Positions 1 to 9,269 of a stretch of DNA of 64,000 bases are shown here, piece by piece (positions within the stretch are counted from its first letter, which is position 1; the number at the start of each line of letters is the position of its first letter). The DNA comes from an uncultured bacterium (GTDB taxonomy: Bacteria; Muiribacteriota; Ozemobacteria; Ozemobacterales; Ozemobacteraceae): positions 28,724-92,723 of the forward strand of contig CAZADH010000001.1 of the NCBI GenBank assembly GCA_964483805.1, in the 5' to 3' direction. The position numbers and the translations under genes are program-made. Below the pieces are notes generated by a model, which did no database searches, was not told the origin of the DNA, and saw only the letters and a list, made by a program, of their open reading frames with translations.

Positions 1-1227
1 GTGCCCCGGGCGGTGCGTGGCGACCCGAACCGGTTGCGTCAGGTCCTCACCAATCTGGCCGGCAATGCCATCAAGTTTACGGAAACCGGTGAGGTGGTCA
101 TCCGTGTCGATCCGGTCGAGGTGAATCCCACCGACACCATCGTGCGGTTCTCGGTCACCGACACCGGCATCGGCATTCCCACTGATCGCGTCAATCGCCT
201 GTTCAAGAGTTTCTCGCAGGTCGATGCCTCGATGACCCGCAAATACGGAGGGTCCGGATTGGGGCTGGCGATCAGCAAACGGCTGGTGGCCTTGATGGGT
301 GGCGCCATCGGCTTTGACAGCCGGCGCGGCGCGGGTTCGACCTTCTGGTTCACCGCGCGGCTCGGGGTGCGCCCCGGTGTGGTCGAGGCCCCCGTCGATC
401 CGCTGGTGAAAGGGCAACGCCTTCTTCTGGTCGAAGGGCACGGTGCCACCCGCGAATCGTTGCAGGTCATGCTGAAACAGTGGGGTTGTGCCATTGACAC
501 CGTGGTCGAGGGCAAGAATGTCGAGTCGCTGCTCGTCGAGGCACAGAGTGGAAGTCGTGCATACAATGTAGTTCTCATTGGCAGTGATCTGCCCGATATC
601 TCATGTGATGAGTTGGGCCGACGGTTGCGACAGAATCCGCTGTTGCACGAGATGCGCCTGGTGCTCCTGTCGTACTGGGGACAGCACGACGATCCGACGT
701 TCTGGCGTGGGGCCGGGTTCTCCGGCATCCTCACCCGGCCGGTGCGACGCCGGCAGTTTGTCGAGTTGTTGCGGCGGCTCTGTGTGGGCGGCGATGCGGC
801 GGGCGCGGTCGTGGAAGGTGATGGCGAGCGCGGACTGGGCGAGCGCGTGTTGGTGGCGTTGGTCGATTCCGGTGAGCGCGACCAGGTGGCGAAGGTGTGT
901 GCCGATCACGACTGGACCCACCTGCTCGTCGAGAACACCCACGACTTGCTGCTCGAGATCCTGACCTCGAATCCTAAGTTGTTGATCGTCGAGTTGCGCG
1001 GTGGCGATTTCGACGGGACCGAATTGGCCGAGGCGATCCGCCGACTCGAGCTTGGGCGCGACCGTCGGGTGCCGATGATTGCCGTGACGGCACCAATGAC
1101 CAAGTCGCAGCAGGCCCGCGCCATGATGGCGGGGGTCGACGAGATCCTGGTCCGACCTTTGTCGGCCGATGCTGTGGCCCAGGCGTTTCGGCGCCGCCTG
1201 CTGGCGACGAAGGAAGGCGACAATTGA
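1..1227 (+). CDS. Hybrid sensor histidine kinase/response regulator; 5'-truncated by the window edge, with a HATPase_c C-terminal part followed by two receiver-like domains
   Basis: ATP-lid motifs NLAGNAIKF...DTGIGIP...GGSGLGLAISK are visible, followed by two CheY-like receiver segments. The ORF runs from position 1 without a start codon and ends at TGA 1225-1227. Confidence 0.8.
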   Translation: MPRAVRGDPNRLRQVLTNLAGNAIKFTETGEVVIRVDPVEVNPTDTIVRFSVTDTGIGIPTDRVNRLFKSFSQVDASMTRKYGGSGLGLAISKRLVALMGGAIGFDSRRGAGSTFWFTARLGVRPGVVEAPVDPLVKGQRLLLVEGHGATRESLQVMLKQWGCAIDTVVEGKNVESLLVEAQSGSRAYNVVLIGSDLPDISCDELGRRLRQNPLLHEMRLVLLSYWGQHDDPTFWRGAGFSGILTRPVRRRQFVELLRRLCVGGDAAGAVVEGDGERGLGERVLVALVDSGERDQVAKVCADHDWTHLLVENTHDLLLEILTSNPKLLIVELRGGDFDGTELAEAIRRLELGRDRRVPMIAVTAPMTKSQQARAMMAGVDEILVRPLSADAVAQAFRRRLLATKEGDN

Positions 1228-2426
1228 GCGGCACGCAACGCGCTGTCCACCTGCTCGTTCTCGTCGTCGTGCTGTTGACGGCATCGTCACCGACGACGGC
1301 CGACAATGCGCCCAAGGAGTGGCTCGGCAACAAGTTTCCGGTCGTGTGGCCGCCGAGCGCGTATCAGGGCCGGCCGCTGCCGGCACTCGACCGCTTGTTT
1401 CATCGCACCGATGGGTGGACGGGTGGCGACGGCATCTACTCGGTGCGCCTGGCCCCGACGCGGGTGCTGTGGCTGTTTTCCGATAGTTTCGTCGGCAGTC
1501 TGGTGGACGGCAACACGCGGCGTGGGTCGACGATGATCCACAACGCCGTCGCGATTCAAGACGGCGACGATCCGATGGTGGTGCGACCACGGTTTTATTA
1601 CCGTACTACGAAGGATGGTAAGCCGGCTTCGTTTATCGACGCGCCCGACGGGCGGGGGTTTGTCTGGATCTACGCCGGGGCGATGACCACGCGTGGCTTG
1701 TATTTCTTTCTCATTCAGATCGAACCGACCAGCGATGTGCAGGCGTTCGGGTTTCGCTCGATCGGCATGTGGCTGGCCCATGTGGCTGATCCCAGTGGTT
1801 CACCGAGTCACTGGCGCATTACGACCACGCGAGTCCCTGGCAGTGTGTTCACGCCCGGTTTGAATCGTATCTGGGGTTCGGCGATGCTCGAGCACGACGG
1901 GTTCATCTATATCTATGGCACCGACGAGGAGTTGCCGGCCACGGCGACGACGAGCAAGCGGTTGATCGTGGCGCGCGCGCCGGTCGATCATCTGGGTGAC
2001 TTTGCGCAGTGGCGGTATCGCTGTGGCAACGCGTGGGTCGATGACCCGGCGCGCGTGACGCCGCTGACCTCGGGCATGGCCAACGAGTTCTCGGTGACTT
2101 GCAGCGAACGGCATCGCGACTTTGTCATGGTGCTCAGTGAGAGCGGGTTGTCGTCGCGCATCGTGCGCCGGCGGGCCCGGCATCCCTGGGGGCCGTGGGA
2201 CGCGCCGCGGTGCGTCTTCGCGGTCGAGATGCCCGTCCCGCCGCCACACCAGTTGTTCACCTATGCGGGCAAGGCCCACGCGGTCTTCAAGCTCGGCCGG
2301 CACGAACTGGTCGACCCCGACGAGATGGTGGTCAGTTACGTGATCAACTCGTGCAACTTTGCCGATCTCATCAACGATGCCACCCTGTATCGACCACGCT
2401 TTGTCGCCTGCCGGCTGTGGCCGTAA
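1224..2426 (+). CDS. Secreted hypothetical protein, possibly a DUF4185-like beta-propeller or glycosidase-like fold
   Basis: Candidate TTG start at 1224, overlapping the stop of the upstream kinase. An N-terminal hydrophobic signal-like segment (LLVLVVVLLTASSPTTA) is present. A DGWTGGDG motif was noted; family assignment is from memory only. Confidence 0.45.
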   Translation: MSGTQRAVHLLVLVVVLLTASSPTTADNAPKEWLGNKFPVVWPPSAYQGRPLPALDRLFHRTDGWTGGDGIYSVRLAPTRVLWLFSDSFVGSLVDGNTRRGSTMIHNAVAIQDGDDPMVVRPRFYYRTTKDGKPASFIDAPDGRGFVWIYAGAMTTRGLYFFLIQIEPTSDVQAFGFRSIGMWLAHVADPSGSPSHWRITTTRVPGSVFTPGLNRIWGSAMLEHDGFIYIYGTDEELPATATTSKRLIVARAPVDHLGDFAQWRYRCGNAWVDDPARVTPLTSGMANEFSVTCSERHRDFVMVLSESGLSSRIVRRRARHPWGPWDAPRCVFAVEMPVPPPHQLFTYAGKAHAVFKLGRHELVDPDEMVVSYVINSCNFADLINDATLYRPRFVACRLWP

Positions 2427-2508
2427 TCGCGGGGCGCCGTCGCTGAGCTCGCCCTGCCGCAGGGCGCCGAGGTGTCGCGGGTCGTGGGGGAAATGGTGCT
2501 GAAACAAA

Positions 2509-2540
2509 CCGGCCGCCCGCTTCATCGAGCGGACGGCCGG
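2509..2540. terminator. Bidirectional intrinsic-terminator-like hairpin between convergent genes
   Basis: 13-bp stem with one mismatch (CCGGCCGCCCGCT / AGCGGACGGCCGG) and a 6-nt loop. On the minus strand it is followed by TTTGTTTC, so it lies downstream of the thiolase/DUF35 operon. Confidence 0.5.
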
Positions 2541-2565
2541 CGGCAGACAAGCGATATTTACAATA

Positions 2566-2904
2566 TCAACCTTTTGTAAATATCATGCCGTGGAACTTCT
2601 GATAGCCTTCCTGGCGGACGGTGCCGATGTGGCCCTTGACCTTCATGCCGATCTTGGGTTCGTCGATATCGAGTTGGGCGGTGATCCGCTGGCCGTTTTC
2701 GAGTTCGACGATGCCGAGTGACAAGGTCAATACATCGAAGTCGGCGGGCAGGGTGTGCAGACGCGTGAAGGTCAGCAGTTTGCCGTTGGTCGGCAGGGGT
2801 TGCGTGTCGAACTCGTGATGGCCGCACTTGCGGCAGCGCGAGCGGTTCGGGTAATGCAGGGTCGAGCACTTCTTGCAGGCGTAGCCGAGAATCTGTTTGT
2901 CCAT
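2566..2904 (-). CDS. DUF35-family Zn-ribbon/OB-fold protein, the partner protein of SCP2-type thiolases
   Basis: Zinc-ribbon signature C-x2-C...C-x2-C (CKKCSTLHYPNRSRCRKCGH) followed by an OB-fold-like region. Its ATG lies 3 nt after the TGA of the upstream thiolase reading frame. Confidence 0.8.
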   Translation of the reverse strand: MDKQILGYACKKCSTLHYPNRSRCRKCGHHEFDTQPLPTNGKLLTFTRLHTLPADFDVLTLSLGIVELENGQRITAQLDIDEPKIGMKVKGHIGTVRQEGYQKFHGMIFTKG

Positions 2905-2907
2905 GGC

Positions 2908-4080
2908 TCACTCCTTCACGAAGACGAGGCAGACGACGTTGTTGCCGAAACCGCCGAAGTTGCAGGTGAAGCAGACCTAGGCGTCTTTGACATGGCGCTT
3001 CTTCGCTTAGCCGCGCAGTTGCAGGACGATCTCGTGGGCCTGGCCGATGCCGGTCGCGCCGACCGGATGGCCCTTGGCCTTCAGACCGCCCGAGGTGTTG
3101 ATCGGCAACTTGCCGCCCAACTTCGTGTCACCCCGTTCGAGGGCGAGGTGGCCCTCGCCCTTCTTGAAGAACCCCACCTCTTCGCTTTCGACGATCTCGA
3201 GGATCGTGAACGCGTCGTGCAGTTCGGCGACATCGACATCGGACGGCTTCAGTTTCGCCATGCCGAATGCCTTGGCGGCCGCACCGCGCACCGCGAGCAG
3301 ATCGGTGGGTTCGGTGCGGTCATGCACCACGTGCGTGTCGGTGGCCTGACCGACCCCGGCGAGGCGCACCATCGGTTTGCCGAGTTTCTTGGCGACCTCT
3401 TTGCTGGCCAGGATGACGCTGGCGCCGCCATCGGAAACGGGGCAGCAATCAAAGAACCGCAATGGTTCAGCGACGTACGGGTTGTTGGTCGGCGCGTCTT
3501 TCGAATCGAGAATACCTTCGAGTGTAATACTTTGTCGGACATGCGCAAACGGGTTGAGCAGCGCGTTTTCGTGGTTCTTCACGGCGACCATACCCAGATG
3601 GCGTTCGGTCACACCGTATTTCTTCATGTACAGGCGGGTGAACATGCCGGCAAGTGACGGCAGGGTGACGCCGTAGATCGCTTCAGCCATCGGGTGGGTG
3701 AGCGAGGCGACGAAGTCGGTCGCCTCGAGGTTGTTGACCTCGCTCATGCGCTCGGCGCCAGTCACCATGACGATGTCGTGAAGCCCGGAGGCGATCGCCA
3801 TGTAACCTTGCTTGATTGCCGACGCGCCCGAGGCCGGACCATTTTCGATGGTTTCGGCACCGGCGGGGGTCAGGCTGAGATGATCGACGAGTGCGCTTGC
3901 CAGGCCGGTCTGGTGATTGACGCGGCCGCCGCCCATATTGGCAACGTAGAGATGATCGATGGCGTTCAGTCCGGCGTCTTGAAGAGCCATGATCGACGGA
4001 TAGGCGGCGATTTCGACGAGCGGATACTCGAGGCGGGTGAACGAGGTGATGCCCACGCCCACGACATAGACGTCACGCAT
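2908..4080 (-). pseudogene. Thiolase (acetyl-CoA C-acyltransferase-like, SCP2/DUF35-associated type) interrupted by two in-frame stop codons near the C-terminus. The uninterrupted ORF is 3007..4080.
   Basis: N-terminus MRDVYVVGVGITSF, plus GHPVGATG and thiolase-like core. In the same frame, after ...QLRG comes TAA (3007-3009), then AKKRHVKDA, then TAG (2977-2979), then VCFTCNFGGFGNNVVCLVFVKE and TGA (2908-2910). The tail resembles the conserved thiolase C-terminus (KDAKVGLTHNGGG-like), which normally contains the second catalytic Cys. Confidence 0.7.
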
Positions 4081-4852
4081 GTTTGCCCTCCTTCTTCTTG
4101 CCGGCGGCTTTCTGCTGGGCATCGGCGGCGCCGACGCGCAGAGCGGTGCCGGTCGAGTCGCGGCGGGCCCGGGTGGCCGCGAGCCAGTCGGCGGGTGCAT
4201 GCGGCGGATCGTGCGGCGGCAGAATGCCGGCCATCGCCTTGGCGAGCAGGTCTTTGGGGACCGGGCGCTCGCCGACGATCAAGCTGTCGCGGGCTCTCTC
4301 GAAGAGTTCGCGGGTGAGCGCATACGAAGGCACACCACCCAGTTCATGCGACATCTCGAAGCGCTTCTCGAGTTTGTACTCGATCATCCAGCGGCGAAAA
4401 CCGATCGGCGACTCGGCGACGACCAGCACTTCTTTCTGCTTCAGGATATCGATGTGGTATTCCATTTTGGCGGCGAATGCGTGCGCACCCACGCGCAGAC
4501 CACGGCGCAGCGCCAGCGTGTGATATGACATGCCGATGTCTTTGTTGACGAGCCGGCCGTTGACGATCGCGGCCAGTTCGCCATCGATCTGGGCGACCAG
4601 AACATATTCGTCCTGGACGCGGTGTCGGTAATAACCGAGCAACTCGGCGTAAACACGGGCCGCAACGATGTCGTAATAGTCGCGCTCCATGTGCAGCAGC
4701 GGCTCGACGTGCGGCAGTAGCGATGGCATGTCATCACGCCCCACCTGGCGGATGACCATCTTCTCGCCGCTGGCCAGCGTCACCACCTTGGGTGGAAACG
4801 GCGGCATGGGACTGTCGACCGGACGTAACGCTTTCTCGAGATCAACCGACAT
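4073..4852 (-). CDS. Hypothetical protein, possibly a GNAT-fold acyltransferase, translationally coupled to the thiolase
   Basis: An AAGGAGG ribosome-binding site sits 7 nt upstream of the ATG at 4852. The stop overlaps the thiolase ATG (ATGCGTGA). Only weak GNAT-like features are visible. Confidence 0.4.
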   Translation of the reverse strand: MSVDLEKALRPVDSPMPPFPPKVVTLASGEKMVIRQVGRDDMPSLLPHVEPLLHMERDYYDIVAARVYAELLGYYRHRVQDEYVLVAQIDGELAAIVNGRLVNKDIGMSYHTLALRRGLRVGAHAFAAKMEYHIDILKQKEVLVVAESPIGFRRWMIEYKLEKRFEMSHELGGVPSYALTRELFERARDSLIVGERPVPKDLLAKAMAGILPPHDPPHAPADWLAATRARRDSTGTALRVGAADAQQKAAGKKKEGKHA

Positions 4853-4936
4853 CAATTCCCCTCCTTGTGAAGTGAAGACGTACTTAAATTCTAGCACGCC
4901 CAGACGGGGGGTAATTGGTGGGCGAGGAACGATTTC

Positions 4937-6214
4937 CTATCTCTCCAGGGTCGCGAGTCGGCTGAAGATGCCGTCGACGAACTCCTCGAGCCAGGTGCTG
5001 CCCAGCAGCGGGTTTTGAAACAGGCCGATGATCGTGCCGTGGTCGCGGGTCGCGACCGTGCCCATGTGGGTCCAGATGCCGGGCTGGACGGGTCCGGTGG
5101 CCCAGTCGACGATCGGACTGTTGGCGGGGCCCCGCATCGAGAGCGTATTGACGATGCCGTCGTTGGGTTGCCATGCGCCGGCCTGGCCCGGCGGCACGGC
5201 CCTGCCCGCGTAGTTGCCCATCGCGGCGGCAGCCGGCCAGAGCACGGGGTTCATGTGCATGTCGGCGAGGTTGATGTCGGTGCCGGGCAACCGGTAGGTC
5301 ATGCGATTGCTGTAACTCATGTAGTAAATACAAGGGAATACGCGGATCTGCCGATTCAGTTCGTGGGCGCCTTTGATCGACAGATCCCACGACGAGATGT
5401 CGCGGGTGTTGCCGAGCGTACGGCGCGCGCGCGAAAGAAAAGCGGAGACGCTTTCGCCGGGTTGTCGTTGCAGATCCCATTGGTCGAGATCGAAGTCGCA
5501 GACGATGTTCTCACTTCCGCTGGCCAGGGCCATGACCGCGGCGAGGATCTTCTCGGCCTGGTGCCAGAGCAGGTTGCCGACGATCTCGACCAGCGTGGTG
5601 CCGTTGTGCGGAGTCGAGATCGTGGTGAGCGAGAACACCCAACGTTCATTGGTGCCGGCGCCGAAGTAGTCGCGGGCGAGCAACTCGGTGAGCAGGCGGA
5701 TCGTCTGGCCACCCATGCTGTGGCCGACCAGGTGGACCGGGTGGGCGGCGTCCCATTGCGGATACAGCCCGGGCCAGGTCTCCCCGAATCGTTTGTGGCC
5801 AAAGGCCGCCGCGTGCTGCTCGCCGAAATCGAGGCGGCCTCCCTTGATCTGCCAGAACAGTTCGCAGGCGCGATCGTGGTTCGATGAATACGGCCCGACC
5901 GAGGCGGTGAGACCGCGCATACCGTAGGTTGCCACGCGCTTCTCGATGTCGAGAATGGTGCCGCCCCAATACAGGAAACCGAGCATCTCGTCGCGGCCCC
6001 AGCCATTGAAGCCGTGCACGAGGACGACGGGGCAGTCGCGCCCGTGCACGCGCGATTCGGCGGCGCCGGCGAGGATCGGTGCGGTCACGCCCAGGACGAG
6101 CAACAGCGCGACGCAGGCTCCTGGCAGATGCCGCAACCCCTTGGTTTTGGGGAACGCGCAGCCGGATCGGTCGTTTAGCGTGGTCAGGCTCGGAGGGCGA
6201 GGGTCGTGAAACAT
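4937..6214 (-). CDS. Secreted alpha/beta-hydrolase, triacylglycerol lipase family
   Basis: Oxyanion and nucleophile motifs LVHGFNGW and GHSMGG with an N-terminal signal peptide; resembles Gram-positive-type lipases. Confidence 0.75.
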   Translation of the reverse strand: MFHDPRPPSLTTLNDRSGCAFPKTKGLRHLPGACVALLLVLGVTAPILAGAAESRVHGRDCPVVLVHGFNGWGRDEMLGFLYWGGTILDIEKRVATYGMRGLTASVGPYSSNHDRACELFWQIKGGRLDFGEQHAAAFGHKRFGETWPGLYPQWDAAHPVHLVGHSMGGQTIRLLTELLARDYFGAGTNERWVFSLTTISTPHNGTTLVEIVGNLLWHQAEKILAAVMALASGSENIVCDFDLDQWDLQRQPGESVSAFLSRARRTLGNTRDISSWDLSIKGAHELNRQIRVFPCIYYMSYSNRMTYRLPGTDINLADMHMNPVLWPAAAAMGNYAGRAVPPGQAGAWQPNDGIVNTLSMRGPANSPIVDWATGPVQPGIWTHMGTVATRDHGTIIGLFQNPLLGSTWLEEFVDGIFSRLATLER

Positions 6215-6323
6215 ACATTTTACATATTGAGCAACACGCCCATGGTATCACGACGCTGCGCAACGCGTAATCAATCGCGGATCGACGCTTGAGATTGCCG
6301 CCGCGACACGGTACGATACGCGC

Positions 6324-7970
6324 ATGTCGAATCTGTTGAAAATGATCGGTGCCGCGCTCTGTCTGTACCTTTTGTTCTTCCACGCCATTGGCGATCTGCC
6401 GTTGATCGACCCCGATGAACCGTTCTACGGCCAGGTGGCCAAAGAGATGGCGCGGGGTGCAGGTTGGCTGACGCCGCACTACGACGGCAAGGTGTTCTGG
6501 GACAAACCACCGCTCTATTACTGGTTGTCGGGTTACACCACGGCGGTGTTCGGTGCGAATGGATTGGGGGCGCGTCTGCCGGCGGCGGTGGCAGCCGTGC
6601 TGCTGACCCTGCTCGTGGGTGCCTGGGCCGCCGCGGAGTTCGGTGCGACGGTGGCTGTTTTTGCGGCTGCGGTGTTTGCCACGTGCCTGCACGCGATCAT
6701 CTTGTCGAAGGCTGCGGTGACCGACATGGTGCTCGCGCTCAACCTGGCGAGTGCTTTGTATTGCTATCGGTGTTGGTTGCGTGCCGAGGGTTCCGCGACC
6801 TACGTGTGGGCAGCGGCCTTCGGGGTGGCGGCGGGGCTGGCCCTGCTGACCAAGGGTCCGCTGGCCTTCATTCTGCTTGCCGTTGCCCTGACCATTCACC
6901 TGGTGACGTCCGGGCAGGTGGCGAAGCTCGAGCGCGGTGGGGCGACCGGGGTCGGCATGGCCCTGGTCGTCGGTCTGCCGTGGTTCATGACAATGTATGG
7001 TGTTCATGGCGATTCGTTCGTGCAGAAGTTCATCATCGCCAACAACTTTGGCCGGTTCTTCAGTGCCGAACACCCGGAGATCACCGGGGGCTGGTACTCG
7101 TACCTGATGAACTTTCCGACGTTGCTGCTCTTCTTCTTCCCGTGGAGCCTGTTTCTGCCCCAGGCACTGCTGCACGCCTGGCGTCGCGACGACCCCGATG
7201 CGCGGTTGCCGTTGATCTGGCTGGTGACCGTTTTTGCGTTCTTCTCGACTGCGAAGACGCAGTTGGTCACCTATATCTTTCCGCTGTATCCGGCGGCCGC
7301 GGTGCTGGTCGGGCGCTATTGGCACGACGCATTGGCGGCCGATCACGCACCCGCCGGTTTGCGTCGCGGCGTGCTGGGGGTCGTTGGTTTTTCGGCGTTT
7401 CTCGGCATTGGTCTGGCCGGCACCGCGGCGGCAAAGTATCCGGGGGCTGAGTTGGTTGGCCTGGGCCTCGGGTTGATTGCCGTGGCGGCGAGCGTGCTGG
7501 CACTGCGTCAGTTCGATGGCTACGTCGGAACCGCAGGTGCGGCGGGCCAGAGTGGTGGCGCGGTGATCTTCCAGCCGCGGCCCGCGGTGTTCTGGGCGTT
7601 GGCGGTCGGCATGGTGCCGTTCGCGGTCTACCTGATGAGTGTGCTGTTTCCGCGGGCCTTGCCGTTTGTCAGTACCGATGAGTTGGCGCGGGTCGTGCGC
7701 TCACGGTTTGCTGCCGCCCAGGTCGTGGCGTTGAAACTGGGGCATCGCACCAGCCTGCTCTACAACTTCGACTTCCAGCCGATGCCGACCGAGAGCATCG
7801 CCGAAGCGCGGCAGCGCTTTGCTTGTCTTGGCCCGGTGGTGGTTTTGTGCCAAGACAAGTTCGTCGACCAGGTGGCGTCGGCAACGGCGCCGGTCGCGCG
7901 GCAAGGCAAGATCGTGGCCTTGGCCAACACGGCGGCGTTGGCGGCCGCACAAGAGAACTGCGTGCGTTGA
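6324..7970 (+). CDS. Family GT39/GT83 glycosyltransferase (ArnT/PMT-like 4-amino-arabinose or mannosyl-transferase family), polytopic membrane protein
   Basis: N-terminal DPDEPFYGQVAKEM...WDKPPLYYWL motif typical of ArnT/PMT enzymes, with many hydrophobic helices. Confidence 0.8.
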   Translation: MSNLLKMIGAALCLYLLFFHAIGDLPLIDPDEPFYGQVAKEMARGAGWLTPHYDGKVFWDKPPLYYWLSGYTTAVFGANGLGARLPAAVAAVLLTLLVGAWAAAEFGATVAVFAAAVFATCLHAIILSKAAVTDMVLALNLASALYCYRCWLRAEGSATYVWAAAFGVAAGLALLTKGPLAFILLAVALTIHLVTSGQVAKLERGGATGVGMALVVGLPWFMTMYGVHGDSFVQKFIIANNFGRFFSAEHPEITGGWYSYLMNFPTLLLFFFPWSLFLPQALLHAWRRDDPDARLPLIWLVTVFAFFSTAKTQLVTYIFPLYPAAAVLVGRYWHDALAADHAPAGLRRGVLGVVGFSAFLGIGLAGTAAAKYPGAELVGLGLGLIAVAASVLALRQFDGYVGTAGAAGQSGGAVIFQPRPAVFWALAVGMVPFAVYLMSVLFPRALPFVSTDELARVVRSRFAAAQVVALKLGHRTSLLYNFDFQPMPTESIAEARQRFACLGPVVVLCQDKFVDQVASATAPVARQGKIVALANTAALAAAQENCVR

Positions 7971-8591
7971 TCAGGCGCGCGGACGGCGCAACGGTGCGAC
8001 TTTGCTCGTCCGTAACGGGCGTGGGGCCCGGGCGGCCGGGGCGGCGTTGGCGGCTGGGTTTGCGTTCACGAATTCATCGCGCAGAATACCCATGATGATC
8101 TCGTCGTGGTATTCGCCGCGCCGGTAGAACTGCTGGCGGAGCCGACCTTCCTCGACGAAGCCGAGGCGCCGGTAGCTGGCGATGGCGCGGTCGTTGTAGG
8201 CGAAAACACGTAATAATACCTTGCGCAGGTCGAGTTCGTCGAAGAGGAACCGCAACAACACCCGCATGGCATCGGTGCCGTAACCCTGGCCCCAGCGCTC
8301 TTTGTTGGCGATGGCGATGCCGACGTAGGTCGTGCGGTTTTTGCGGTCGAGTTCAAAATAGCCGCAGCCGCCGAGATACTCGCCCTCGATCGTTTCGATG
8401 GCGAAGTTGTAGCCGCGCTCCTTGCTATTGGCGCACTCGTTGATGAACTTCTCTTCCTCGGCCATCGAGATGGGCAGAATGAGCCCGCTGTTGAGCAGGT
8501 GTTGCACCTCGGGATCGTTGAAGTAACGGTGGGCCAGTTCGAGATCGGTTTTCTCGTAACCGCGCAGGATGACCTTGTCGCCTCGATACAT
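7971..8591 (-). CDS. GNAT family N-acetyltransferase (RimJ/RimL-like)
   Basis: RimL-like sequence (ILRGYEKTDLELAHRYFNDPEV...) with an Ala/Pro-rich C-terminal tail. Confidence 0.75.
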   Translation of the reverse strand: MYRGDKVILRGYEKTDLELAHRYFNDPEVQHLLNSGLILPISMAEEEKFINECANSKERGYNFAIETIEGEYLGGCGYFELDRKNRTTYVGIAIANKERWGQGYGTDAMRVLLRFLFDELDLRKVLLRVFAYNDRAIASYRRLGFVEEGRLRQQFYRRGEYHDEIIMGILRDEFVNANPAANAAPAARAPRPLRTSKVAPLRRPRA

Positions 8592-8662
8592 TGCGCTTGT
8601 CTCCGCTCGTTGCTATAAAATGCACCGTGCCGTCGGTGCGGTGTTGGAAATACAAAGTATGG

Positions 8663-9058
8663 CTATTGTGTCGGTTTGGTGGTGACCAGGGGTTCGTCGG
8701 CAATGACGAATTTGGTGGTCGGATGCAGGTAGAGGCCGGTGTTCCCGGTACGCGCAGAGAACCAGCGGTCGCACGCCGGGCAGATGATATCGACGGTGCG
8801 CTTCAACCGGAACCGCAGGCCGGGATGGTCGTGTTGCAGCCGGTCAATATGCCGCGCCCACAAGATGTCGGCCTGCTCGACGCCACGGGTGCCGATGGTC
8901 TGACCGCAATCCGGACACACGACCCCGACGGCGAACGCGAGCAACTGCTGCCGGGCGCGGTGATGCAGCCACATGGCGACCGGAATGGCCAGCAGCACAA
9001 GCGGCAATGCGACAAACACGGCCGCGGAGAGCAGGAGTTCTGAGAGAACGGCTAGCAT
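8663..9058 (-). CDS. Hypothetical membrane-anchored zinc-ribbon protein
   Basis: N-terminal transmembrane helix plus two CxxC pairs (CPDCGQ...CPACDRW). Confidence 0.4.
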   Translation of the reverse strand: MLAVLSELLLSAAVFVALPLVLLAIPVAMWLHHRARQQLLAFAVGVVCPDCGQTIGTRGVEQADILWARHIDRLQHDHPGLRFRLKRTVDIICPACDRWFSARTGNTGLYLHPTTKFVIADEPLVTTKPTQ

Positions 9059-9269
9059 GGTGTGCCGTCAGCATAGCGTATTTGGGCGTTTGGCGAAAGT
9101 CCCCCTTGCTCGGGGTGTTACGGGGTGCCCGGCCAATGCCACGCCGGTTGTCACGGTGGCATCGCTGGTGGGGCGCATGCCGATGGATGGCCGGTGAACA
9201 TGGACATGGTGCCGAAAACAACAGCGCCGGCCTCTGGGGCCGGCGCTGCACGACAAAGGCGAGGCGTAA

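Noticed and set aside
3495-3512. tRNA T-loop-like TTCGAATC string
   Set aside because: It lies inside the thiolase coding region, with no acceptor or anticodon stem context. No tRNA genes were detected in the window.
5646-7346. 566-aa minus-strand ORF
   Set aside because: It is antisense to the well-supported GT39/ArnT-like gene at 6324..7970. Its product is Arg/Pro/His-rich low-complexity sequence, as expected from a GC-rich spurious ORF.
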